From assembly GCA_964019335.1 (NCBI GenBank), contig OZ025690.1, positions 310,001-374,000 on the forward strand: a stretch of DNA of 64,000 bases, given 5' to 3'. Both the position numbers and the translations under genes were made by a program. Positions within the stretch are counted from its first letter, which is position 1, and every line of letters begins with the position of its first letter. The stretch is from Diplonema japonicum (taxonomy: Eukaryota; Protista; Euglenozoa: Diplonemea). The notes below the pieces were generated by a model, which had not been told where the DNA came from, ran no database searches, and saw only the letters and a list, made by a program, of their open reading frames with translations. Below, one piece after another: positions 47,831 through 57,826 of the stretch.

Positions 47831-48511
47831 GAGAAGAACAACGTCCACGGTAACCAAATAACTTTTTTCCACTCAAGTCTGTAAGCAGAATTTCCACCAC
47901 TGTTTACGGTAACCCACAACTTTTTTTCCACTCTCCACGGTAACCTACAACTTTTTTTTCCACTCAAATGGTTTTTTGTAAAAATTTTCCAGTCTCCACG
48001 GTAACCTATTTTTTATTTCCACTAAACCATGTAAGTAAGAACTTTTTTTCCACCGTCCACGGAAACCCACAACTTTTTTTCCAACGTCCACGGTGGAGGT
48101 GTGTGCACTTGGGAAAAACGTGTAGGCACAGCCAGAGCTCGAAAAAGACACCAAGAATTTCTCCTGGAAGTTGGCAGGGGCGATTTCCAAAGACGATTTA
48201 AAGCCAAAGCCGAGATATCTGGCGTCTGATAGGTACTTCTCCACCCCTCGCCCCCCTGCCTGTGAATATGCCAAGGATGACCTCAAGCCCCCTGTTGTCA
48301 CGAAGCCACAGATAGGCCAGCAAAGAGGAAGCGAAGTGAGAGAGATAAGGGAAATTGTTGGCGGTTACAGTAAAAAGTGGAAAAAAAGGTGTAGGTTACC
48401 GTGGACGGTGGAAAAAAAGTTGGAGGTTACCGTGGATGGCGGAAAAAAAGTTGGAGGTTTAAGGCGACGGTGGAAAAAAGTTATTTGGTTTCCGTGTACG
48501 CTGTTTTTCCC
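47831..48511. mobile_element. Foldback/MITE-like element with inverted arrays of ~30-bp tandem repeats
   Basis: ~42-bp imperfect TIR G(A/G)GAA(G/A)AACA(A/G)CGT(C/A)CACGG(T/A)AACCAAATAACTTTTTTCCAC. About 8 copies of CCACGGTAACCYACAACTTTTTTTCCAC at left (47845-48094) and 4-5 inverted copies at right (48362-48500). Flanked by AAAA on both sides. Confidence 0.8.
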
Positions 48512-48949
48512 AAAAAGAAAAAAAAAAAATGGAACTTCAGCCAGCGTGGATAGTGAGCTCTATATGAAATATGATCGGTAAGTAAAGGAAACAAAATCAG
48601 AAAAAAAAAAAAGATAGGGGGAAAAAAAAAACAAAAAGGTTTTAGAATGAGAAGCACGTGCATAAAAAAAAAAAGAAGAAGAAAAAATGATCTCCTTCGC
48701 AAGGGATAACCTTTTTTTTTCCCCCTTCTTTTTTTTTTTTTTTGTTGCAGCCCCTATTCCGTAGATTATTTCCCCCTCTTTAGTCTTTCCCACACCACAC
48801 CTTCACTCTGCAAGCATCATGAAGGACCAGCACGGCCCCCATTGCAATCGGACAAGGTACGAAAAGAAAAAAAAAAACAACCCCCACCCCCCTTTAAAAA
48901 AAAAACCAACACTTTTTATCAACACTGAAAAAACCTCCCCACACCACTA

Positions 48950-51900
48950 CTAGAACGACCCGTAAGAAGGCACAGGAGTGGACAGCAATTCAGTTACGGG
49001 TTCGATAACAGGAGGCTTAAAGTGCCTAAGGAGAAGAGAAGAGGTGAGGACAAGGAGCGAGGAGAATATCATTGCGATCCCTCCGAGGATAGGGGGCAGC
49101 TGGCCGGTGATGGGGAACGTGAGCCCCGCAGCAACAGGGAGCGCAAGGACGTTGTACCCAAACGCCCAAACGAAGTTCAACTTAATACGTCTGAGGGTAG
49201 TGGCGGAGAGAGCAATGAGGGATGCTACATCTGTCAAGTCACTGCGGGTCAGCACCGCATCAGCAGAGTCAATGGCTACACTGGTACCGCTGCCTAATGC
49301 GATTCCAATATCAGCTGCTGCTAGTGCTGGCGCATCGTTGATGCCATCGCCCACAAAGGAAACTACCCCTTCCTCACCCCTTACTCTGTTTACGGCAGCT
49401 GCTTTGTCCCCTGGCAGCACTTCTGCGTACAGGTCCTCTTCGTTGACGCCCACCTTCTTTGCCACTGCCAGAGCCGCGCTTCTGTTGTCGCCTGTCACAA
49501 TGCACACCTTTATGTTGTTCTTCTGCAGGTACCTCACAATGCCCGGTGCTTCTGGCTTCAGTGTGTCTCGTAGCCCAAAGGCCCACATCACCTTCCCATC
49601 CACGGAGCACATCACCACCGTCATCCCTGCTGCATGCCATCTGTTTACTACTGCAGACGCTTCTTCGCTGTGTGCTTCTTTCAGCACCCATGCGCTTTGT
49701 CCTGCTCGAACTTTTTTCCCGTTCACGATGCACTGGACGCCCCTGCCGGGTGTCGTGTGGTGTTCCGTCGGGACAGGCGGTTTTGCCGTGTTGCAGAACC
49801 CCAGCACTGCGGTGGCGACGGGGTGCTGCGAGCCCGACTCCACAGCTGCCACCATTGCCAGCGTTGCTTCCCTTTCCGCAGGTTTTCCGAAGAACCTGTT
49901 TTCCCTCACCATCACCTTCCCTGTGGTTAAGGTGCCCGTCTTGTCGAACAGCACCGCCTTCACCTTGGCAGCCGCCTCAAGGGTCTCGCCTCCTTTGATA
50001 AATACGCCAAGTTTGGCACCCACACCTGTGCTGACCATGACAGCGGTGGGGGTGGCCAGACCCATGGCACAGGGGCATGCCACGACAAGAGACGAGAGGA
50101 GGAAGGTGAGGGCGAAGGAGAAAGGGGACTTGTCACCACGCCACACAGCGGGGTACACATTGAAAATGCCCAGCAGGAACCACACAGTGAAGGAGCTGAA
50201 GGCGATGAGCACGACGATCGGCACGAAGTACCTAGCCACACGGTCAGCAACCTGCTGGACAGGTGCCTTGCTGGCCTGCGCGTCGTTGATGAGACGCACG
50301 ATCTGCGACAGGGTCGACTCGGTGCCCACGTGCGTGGCCCTGACGTACCCCACACCGTTGACGCAGATAGTGCCCCCCGTCACCGCATCTTTCACCTCCT
50401 TCACGACAGGGATGGACTCCCCTGTGATCATGCTCTGATCTACCTCGATGGTCCCGTGTACGATCTCACCGTCGATGGGCACCTTCCCACCTGCTGTCAC
50501 CCTCACCATGTCGCCTTTTTGAATACTCTCTGCAGGCACTTCAGACGGTTCAGCTCCGACAGAGCTGACCAGCAGCGCTGTCGACGGGCGCAGCTCCAAC
50601 AAGCTCTTCAGCTCCTCCGCGGTTCTGCCCTTCGCAACGCATTCGAAGTACTTGCCAAGCAACATGAAAGAAACCAGCACAGCTGCCGTGTCTGCAGCAG
50701 GTGTACCAATGTCGAACAGCACGAAGATCCAACCCGACGCGTAAGCGGTCCCCACACCAAGGGCAACGAGGACGTCCATCGTGGCAGTGGAGTGGGCAAG
50801 GGCTTGCTTGGCACGTTTGAAGAAAGGCGCGCCGTATAAATACACAACAGGCGTGGCAAGGACGAGCTGCAGGACAACAGCAGCGGTGACGTGCTTGTAC
50901 ACATGGTAGGTCATGAGCCACATAAAGAGGCTAACATGCTGTCCGAGCAACATCATAATGACAAGAGGAGACGACAGCAACAAAGAGGATGTGGCCGCGT
51001 TCCACAACTGCACCTTGTCCTCTTCCTTGCTGATCTGCTTGCTGAGCTGGGCGTCCGTCGACTTCTCCAACACAGACGACGGGTACCCCATAGAGGTCAG
51101 CTCCGCGGCGATTATATCAGCGGAAAGGCTCTCCTTGTGCATAACCTTTGCCATCTCGGTGGCGAGGGCTACACTAACAGACTCGATACCTGGGATGTCG
51201 TTGAGGTGGTCTTCTATGCGCGACACACATGACACACATGTCATCCCACGCACCATGAGCATGCTCTGGATAGTGGGGACCATGTCGATGACAGTCGCGC
51301 CCTCTGGTGTTGTTGGTGGCAGTGTAGGGCTCACATCCTTTGCAAACAGTGCGGCTTCAAGCCGTCTCTCCCACACAGTAACCGCGGTGTCCACGACAGT
51401 GGGACAGGCCTCTTCGACACGGTTGAACTCAGATATCGATGCACCGTACTTTTCATTCGCGCCCTTGATGGCCGCAATGGCGTCTTCGACCCTGTTGCTG
51501 GGCACACCATGGAGAAGCCCTTTGCTCACGTCGATTTCTATGCCTTCTATCGAAACGGCTTTCTTGATGACGGCGGCGCATGATCCACAGGTCATGCCGC
51601 TTACTGCAAGGGTTGCCTTTTTGCAAGGTTGGGTGCGGTGTTCGGTTGGGAGGTCGATGGATGCGAGGAGGACTTCGAGCATGGTTTGGAACTCCTTTGA
51701 ATTGTCGTTTTCCGGGACAAGACAGACGACTTCCTTGTCGGGGATGGACACGTAGCAGTCGGTCCCCGGAACAAAACCTTTTTTCTTAAGGTTTTTGTAT
51801 ATTTTTGAAGAACACGATGTGCATTTCATGAGCGGGCAGTGGAGGACGATCGCCCTTCGTTTCCCTCCGGTCCCGTGTGGTAAAGCAGGTCGGTTTTCCA

Positions 51901-52459
51901 GCAAACGTACCTTAGCAAGCGGGAGGGACAGCGTCTTAGCGTGCTCGATCGCCGGGAGCGTTGCGTACTTTGCATGGCCGTTCCCTTCCGACCGTTCTAG
52001 CAAAACACGTAAATGCCGCGAAGTACGGTGCACTGGGACGGAATCGCGAAACGGACCGTCAGAGATACCGACGGATATGACACGGTGGTGCTCGGGAAGG
52101 AAAATAGGGTGGTGTGCCTTTAGACGGGTACAAACCTCATCGATCCCTATCCCGCTGCATTCTACACCGAGGAGTCCAGGCTTTACAGGGACGACCATGT
52201 GGGGTCTTAAGAGAGCTTGGTAGGCCTCGACACCGTTAGCGCAATCGTCATCAACTACAAACAGCAACATTTTCGAGCAGCTCATTGAATCGGCGCGTGC
52301 TAAGTCCAGGTTAGTGTCGTCCTCTGCCCCGTCGGTTTTTCTTATCTTCGTTGCCTCACAGCCGCAATCGGTACAGTCGCACCGCGGCCATACTCTTTCT
52401 ATTACGTTACGCTGTAACGTGCCCACCTTTGCTTCGGACACCATCACGTCTACAGGCAT
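48950..52459 (-). CDS. P1B-type copper-transporting ATPase (ATP7/CopA family)
   Basis: Three HMA motifs (MKCTSC, GMTCGSC, GMTCVSC), TGES, CPC, DKTGT, HP, TGDN, GDGINDAPAL, YN, MIFSS. Confidence 0.96.
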   Translation of the reverse strand: MPVDVMVSEAKVGTLQRNVIERVWPRCDCTDCGCEATKIRKTDGAEDDTNLDLARADSMSCSKMLLFVVDDDCANGVEAYQALLRPHMVVPVKPGLLGVECSGIGIDEVCTRLKAHHPIFLPEHHRVISVGISDGPFRDSVPVHRTSRHLRVLLERSEGNGHAKYATLPAIEHAKTLSLPLAKVRLLENRPALPHGTGGKRRAIVLHCPLMKCTSCSSKIYKNLKKKGFVPGTDCYVSIPDKEVVCLVPENDNSKEFQTMLEVLLASIDLPTEHRTQPCKKATLAVSGMTCGSCAAVIKKAVSIEGIEIDVSKGLLHGVPSNRVEDAIAAIKGANEKYGASISEFNRVEEACPTVVDTAVTVWERRLEAALFAKDVSPTLPPTTPEGATVIDMVPTIQSMLMVRGMTCVSCVSRIEDHLNDIPGIESVSVALATEMAKVMHKESLSADIIAAELTSMGYPSSVLEKSTDAQLSKQISKEEDKVQLWNAATSSLLLSSPLVIMMLLGQHVSLFMWLMTYHVYKHVTAAVVLQLVLATPVVYLYGAPFFKRAKQALAHSTATMDVLVALGVGTAYASGWIFVLFDIGTPAADTAAVLVSFMLLGKYFECVAKGRTAEELKSLLELRPSTALLVSSVGAEPSEVPAESIQKGDMVRVTAGGKVPIDGEIVHGTIEVDQSMITGESIPVVKEVKDAVTGGTICVNGVGYVRATHVGTESTLSQIVRLINDAQASKAPVQQVADRVARYFVPIVVLIAFSSFTVWFLLGIFNVYPAVWRGDKSPFSFALTFLLSSLVVACPCAMGLATPTAVMVSTGVGAKLGVFIKGGETLEAAAKVKAVLFDKTGTLTTGKVMVRENRFFGKPAEREATLAMVAAVESGSQHPVATAVLGFCNTAKPPVPTEHHTTPGRGVQCIVNGKKVRAGQSAWVLKEAHSEEASAVVNRWHAAGMTVVMCSVDGKVMWAFGLRDTLKPEAPGIVRYLQKNNIKVCIVTGDNRSAALAVAKKVGVNEEDLYAEVLPGDKAAAVNRVRGEEGVVSFVGDGINDAPALAAADIGIALGSGTSVAIDSADAVLTRSDLTDVASLIALSATTLRRIKLNFVWAFGYNVLALPVAAGLTFPITGQLPPILGGIAMIFSSLLVLTSSLLLRHFKPPVIEPVTELLSTPVPSYGSF

Positions 52460-52641
52460 TTTTTTTCCTCCTTCCCTCCCCCCTCCCTTCCTATTATGAT
52501 TATGTTGTTGTTTGTGGTAAAAAATAATTTATATGAAAGAAGGAAAAAAAAAAAGAGGATAGGTTTTTTTTCTTTCTTTTTTTTTTTTTTTCCTTTTTTT
52601 TTTCCTGTAAAAAGGGATTCACGATATCGTAACGTGAAGCA

Positions 52642-52677
<36 letters not shown>

Positions 52678-53111
52678 GAAAAACTAAATGGGAGAACTTA
52701 CTAAGAAACAGGGAGGGAGTTTTACTAAAGGGGATGGATGGAGAGAGAGATAAATGAAATCATAAGGTTTCAAATAGGTAACTTTTTTTTTTTTTGGAAC
52801 CTTTTTTTTTGTTTCTCTTCTTTTTTTTCTTTGCATTTTTTCACGCGAAAAAAAAAAAAAAAAGGGATGAGATGTAACAATGAAATCCGAAGGGCAGTTC
52901 GATGCTGCAAAGCTAGCATCACTCGGCCTAAGGATGCGTAAGTGGGAGAAGGAAACCATGCACGGAAAGAAAATAAAGCCGTTGTTTTCTTTCCCTCCCC
53001 TCCTCTCTTTTTTGCTGAAACAAGTATACAAACTTTGAAGATAATTGTTATTGCAAAAAACGAATAGAGGAAGTTCGTCCGTTTGAAAACAGCTTGCACA
53101 AACAAAGCCGG

Positions 53112-53147
<36 letters not shown>

Positions 53148-53229
53148 CTTCCTCTCATTTTGCTTTCCCGGTTCACCACAATCAATTGCAAAAAGAAATA
53201 CCAATAAAACTCATAAAGATAAAGGTATG

Positions 53230-53262
<33 letters not shown>

Positions 53263-53360
53263 TTTGTACTGGGAGAAAAATGTATGGAAACAGTGGTCAC
53301 CAAAAAAAATTTTTTTTCAAGGCTAGCAAAAAAAGAAACCAACAAAAAGTCGCAATCCTT

Positions 53361-54877
53361 CTAACAATAAGCGCTGTGACCAGCGGAGAAGATGTCGTGC
53401 CCTGTGGTGGTACCGTGCCCACCAACATCATGGCAATGACTACTATAGTTGTCATTATGACCGTAGCCATGCCCATGACTAGGCTCATCATGACAATGAC
53501 CGCTGAAGTGGTTGTGAAGACCACCACCATGCCCATGACTAGGACCATCATGGCAGTGACCATTCCCGTTGTGCCCGTCCTCATGGTGGTAGTAGTCGCA
53601 TTCGTCGTCCTCGTAATGTTTGTCCTCACGATGCCTTCTGTGCTTTTCGTTCCTCTGCTTTCCTTGCTGGTGTTTCGTGGTTTTTGTATGTCTTGTTACG
53701 ACAGGTGCTGGTTTCTGTTTCTGCTCCTGCGGGATCCGCACTCTTTGCACGGGTTCCAGCGCGCGGCGTTCGTTTCCATCAGGGAGTTGTTTTCTCTGAT
53801 GAAGGGGTTCCAATTTTGCAGCCGTACTGTGTTTGTTCTTATGGTCGGTAACAACCTGCTTGGAGTCCTCCTTCCTCGATGTGAAGTAACGTTCAATAGG
53901 TTCCAAGAACCTGCGGTCCTTCAGAACAAGCATTCCGTCGTCTCTAGCAAGATGCTCCGCTGGGTCGAATGTTGTCCCTTGCACATGAAGACAAGCCCAC
54001 CGCGTGACATAACCACGATCCCTCCAATCACCATGCCACAAGTGACGGATCTTCATACCGGGAACATATCCAGGTCCAAGGCGTTGTCCAGATGCAAGGG
54101 TTCGTTGCATGGACATCAATGCGCTTTGCATGCCATGAAGGAAGTTTCTGTATCCAACAGAAACGTAGCCCCATGCTGCTTCTGGGATGGATTCGTCAAC
54201 ACGTCCAAGCATGGCGTAGGCGAAGTGGTTGTCGCAGTTTCCAACAATGCTGAAATCGGGGAGGCCGTTGACCATTTTGTAGGCGGTGCGTGTCATTGCC
54301 CATGCGAACCCAGGATGGGGGTACGCCTTGTCGAAGTTTGCCACGTCGATGGCGCGGGTGTTCTGACAGAAGTATCCAAAAGATTTGTTCGTTTCAAGAA
54401 TTTCGTTGTCGGGGCCTAGGAAGTTTATGTCCTCGAACATCTGTACGACAGGAGATATCTTCAGAGCCGCGATGGTCCGGTCAGCAACCTCGTACTGTTC
54501 AAAGATGATATCCGCGTCCACCCACGCCATGTATTGCCAGTCCGATGGGAACTGTTTTACTGCGAGGTTGATGAGGTTCTCCTTCAGCCAGATTTTGTGT
54601 GGTGCACGTACTTGGATGTGATAGGGGTTTCTTGAATCCGTGACGGAGTAATCAGTCTGCCCCGGGAAGAGGCATTCTATTGTCCACAGGATGACGGAGG
54701 AACGTTTTGTATTGCTCACGTTCAAGAAAAGCTCTTTTTCGAACTTCTTGTACAGTTCCTTCCTTGTGTTGAAGCCGGCCGGGTTGAACACGACGGCCAC
54801 CATGTGCAGCGTCTCGGAGCCTGTGGGGACGATCTTCTGTACTTTCCTCACATTTTTCTCGGATTTTATACAGTTTC

Positions 54878-54881
<4 letters not shown>
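53361..54881 (-). CDS. GT-A-like protein with N-terminal acylation motif and His-rich C-terminus
   Basis: MGNC start; WLKENLINL, AWVDADIIF (DxD), HPGFAWA, HLWHG..R.Y..RW; C-terminal His/Gly/Asp/Cys repeats (GHCHDxPSHGHG twice). Confidence 0.75.
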
Positions 54882-54913
<32 letters not shown>

Positions 54914-55164
54914 GAAAGTTTGCCTAAAACTGTGGAATAGCGTACGGGGGAAGCAAAAAAAAAAAAAAAAAAAAAAAGCGAAACGCCCTGGGGGGCGGCA
55001 CGACGAGCATAGTGTAAACTACCTTGGTATTTTCTTTTTTTTTTCTTTTTTCCCCCCCCTTCCCTACCAAGTAGCTACACATTAAAAAGAACAAAAAAAA
55101 AAAAAAAAAACCCTATTTTTTTTTTTGGTTTTTGTCCCCGTTTTTTTTTTTTTTAATTTATTAA

Positions 55165-57531
55165 TTACTTCTCCCTCTTCCGCGAATTCGAATTCCGCCG
55201 ATCGATGACTGTCTTCTTTATAACTCCCAAGCGCTCCTCCACAACCCTTGCAATGACTTCATCTGAGTAGTTCTCGACTATGTGTTTGCGTGCGGCTCTG
55301 CCTATCTTGCATCCAAGCTCAGGGTCCTTGAAGAGAAGAAGCATGTGTTCCTTGAGATGCGACACGCTCGGGACGGCCCAGACCTTTCCCTTGGCGGACC
55401 CGTACATAGAGTCCGCAGGCAGCTCCTCAAGCCTTTCCACCTTTATCGGAAGGGAGTTACCGTCGTTCATAAAATCGGTGTTCCCGCTCCAATTTGTTGC
55501 CACGGCAGGCATCCCCATTGACATGGCCTGTGGGGGAGAAGGTTTATATAAAAAAAAAAAAAAAAAAAAAATACCTGAATGATGGGAAGTCCCCATCCCT
55601 CACCTTTTGTGGGCAACACGAATGCATCGGCTGTGCGGTATATCGAGGCCATCTGGTGGGTTTTCTTTTTTCTTTTTTCTTTTTTTCCTTTCTTATAATA
55701 CCTGTTTCTCACTGACTTCTTGTGTGATGACCTCGATGTGAGGCTGTTTCTCCAGTGGGTATCCAAGCTCGACTGCCTTCTTCTGAACCGCAGCCATCAC
55801 AGTTTTCGGGTTCCTCGAATCAGCGACCCCCCATATATAGCAGACCAGGTACAGCGAGACGGGGTCCGTGGGGGAGAATGCAGATAGGTAAGCTTCAAGA
55901 AGAATGTCCCAACCCTTTCTCGGCTCGAGCTTGAACACGGAAAGAAATTTGTAGTTTTTCTCGCGGTAGTTTGGGAGCAGGTCCGGGGCTTTCGGTACTG
56001 TTTTTGGATCGTAGAAATGAACGTCAATGGGCTCAGGGACCACTGTCAGCTTCTCCTTCTTAACACCGTTCATTCCAAAGACAGCCCACACGAAAGAGGA
56101 CGGAACCCATATTTCGTCAAGGAGATCGTTGCTGTTGGCGTTGGGAATCCAGTTAGGGTCGATCTTGGTGAATTCGTACATAGACCGACCTACTACCCAA
56201 TCGGGTCGCCTCCCCAACTTTCTTGGTTGAGTGATCGATCCAGGGTCCTTATGGCTCACCCATACCGCGATGCGCTCTGATGCCTCCCACGCGGTTTTGT
56301 TTTTAAAATCCTTGATCCACTTCTTGTCTTGGTGTAATCTTGTCAGCGAGTTTGCAAATGATTCTGGTGTTCCCGGGCAGAAGCAGTTCTCGCCTTGTTC
56401 CGACCGGACACCGATCAGCCCTTCAAGAGGTTGGATGAAGTGCATGACCTCATTGGTGAACCCAAAGCACTTCACACAAAACGTATCCCACACAATGTTC
56501 AAGGAAAACGTGAGATGGGTGTCGTACAACGGATTTCTCCATTTCGCAAGAAACGGTTTGGAGAACGACGACAGGGAGACAGACGCCGATGCCAGCGGGC
56601 CCCCGCTTCGGTACGAGTGTGTGACGTAGCCGGACCTTATCGACGCAATGGGTACCTTGCGCTTCATGGAGAGCGAGGCTTCGTGGTAGAACTCCGCAGG
56701 CGGGGCTGGTTTGAGCGACAGAATATTCTCCTCCAAAAATTTTGTTTTTGTCATGACGCACAAGCTGTCAACGGTTGCGGTGTGGGACATTCGCCCTGCC
56801 CGCGTGTCCTTTTCATGATACCCAGCGAGGGTCTTGACGAAAACCGGTTCCCTGTTCCCCTCCACTATGGCAATCCCGTGTGATGTTAAAATGTCTCGGT
56901 CCTCCCCGTCGCCTCCGTGGGCCACTCCGCAGCCTACTATGTCCTCGTTGATGGCTGCCAGGTTTTCAAGAAGGCCTTCTTGCACGATGATCCCATCCCA
57001 CGCTATGAACAAAAACTCTTTGAAACGAGTTTTTTTTTTCTCGAAAATTTCTTTTATGAAGGCAGTGGAGTCGCTTATTCGTCGTTCGTCCACCTTGACG
57101 ACTTCGATGGTGTCTGCTGCCTTCAAGCTTGGTTCCGGGACGTCAGAGCCTACTACTAGTTTTACATCGTACACGGCTCCCTCCTGAGCTCTGACGGACT
57201 CAAGCGTTCCTCTCCATCTGTCGTTGTTTTCCACAGGGATGACCACCGTTACCTTAATGGGGTGGATGTCGTTTTCAATCCAGTGTTTTAAATGCTTCTT
57301 CTCCTTCTTCACGGCCTCTCTTGTTTTCCACTTCCGCCACTTTTCCACCTTTGGTGTCGCTGTCTCGGGTTCCGCACCAAGCTCCTCTGTTTCCAAATGT
57401 CCCGCGTGCCCTGCGTCAGCCTTGGGGCTCGGGAGGGAAGACCACATCACTACAAAACTAAAAATCATCACAACACTGACGGCTGCGAGAAGTCCGAGGA
57501 CTTTGACCGGCCGGCGGGTTCTGGGGGTCAT
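55165..57531 (-). CDS. Type II membrane GT4-family glycosyltransferase with degenerate GT2-like N-domain, 3 exons
   Basis: N-terminal TM; DEIWVPS, FLSVFKLEPRKGWDILLEAY, DAFVLPTKGEGWGLPIIQAMSMGMP. Introns 55653-55701 (49 nt) and 55528-55574 (47 nt). Confidence 0.88.
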
Positions 57532-57826
57532 TTTCCCCCCCTGTTAAGGTTGCTTCCCTCGATAACCAGTCCAAGCCCACGTGTGCAGTGTCGATTTGAA
57601 AATGGGTTCTGTGCCGTCCTCATTTTTCAACCTCCGCTTAGAGTAAAACACAAGGCCCGGAACAGTCCAAAAAAGAAAGAAATAGAAGAAGAAGTGGGGG
57701 GACGGGGGGGGTGGTAACTTAACATTCTTTTTCTGTTTCCTTCTCTCTCTCCCACCCTTTGTTTTCTCGCTGTCTCGAAAAAGACAACTGTGTGTGCTTT
57801 TTTTTTTTTCTTCTTCTATAAATCTT

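Noticed and set aside
47845-48100. CRISPR-like array
   Set aside because: Units are tandem with no unique spacers, are mirrored at the other end, and there are no cas genes; a foldback element fits better.
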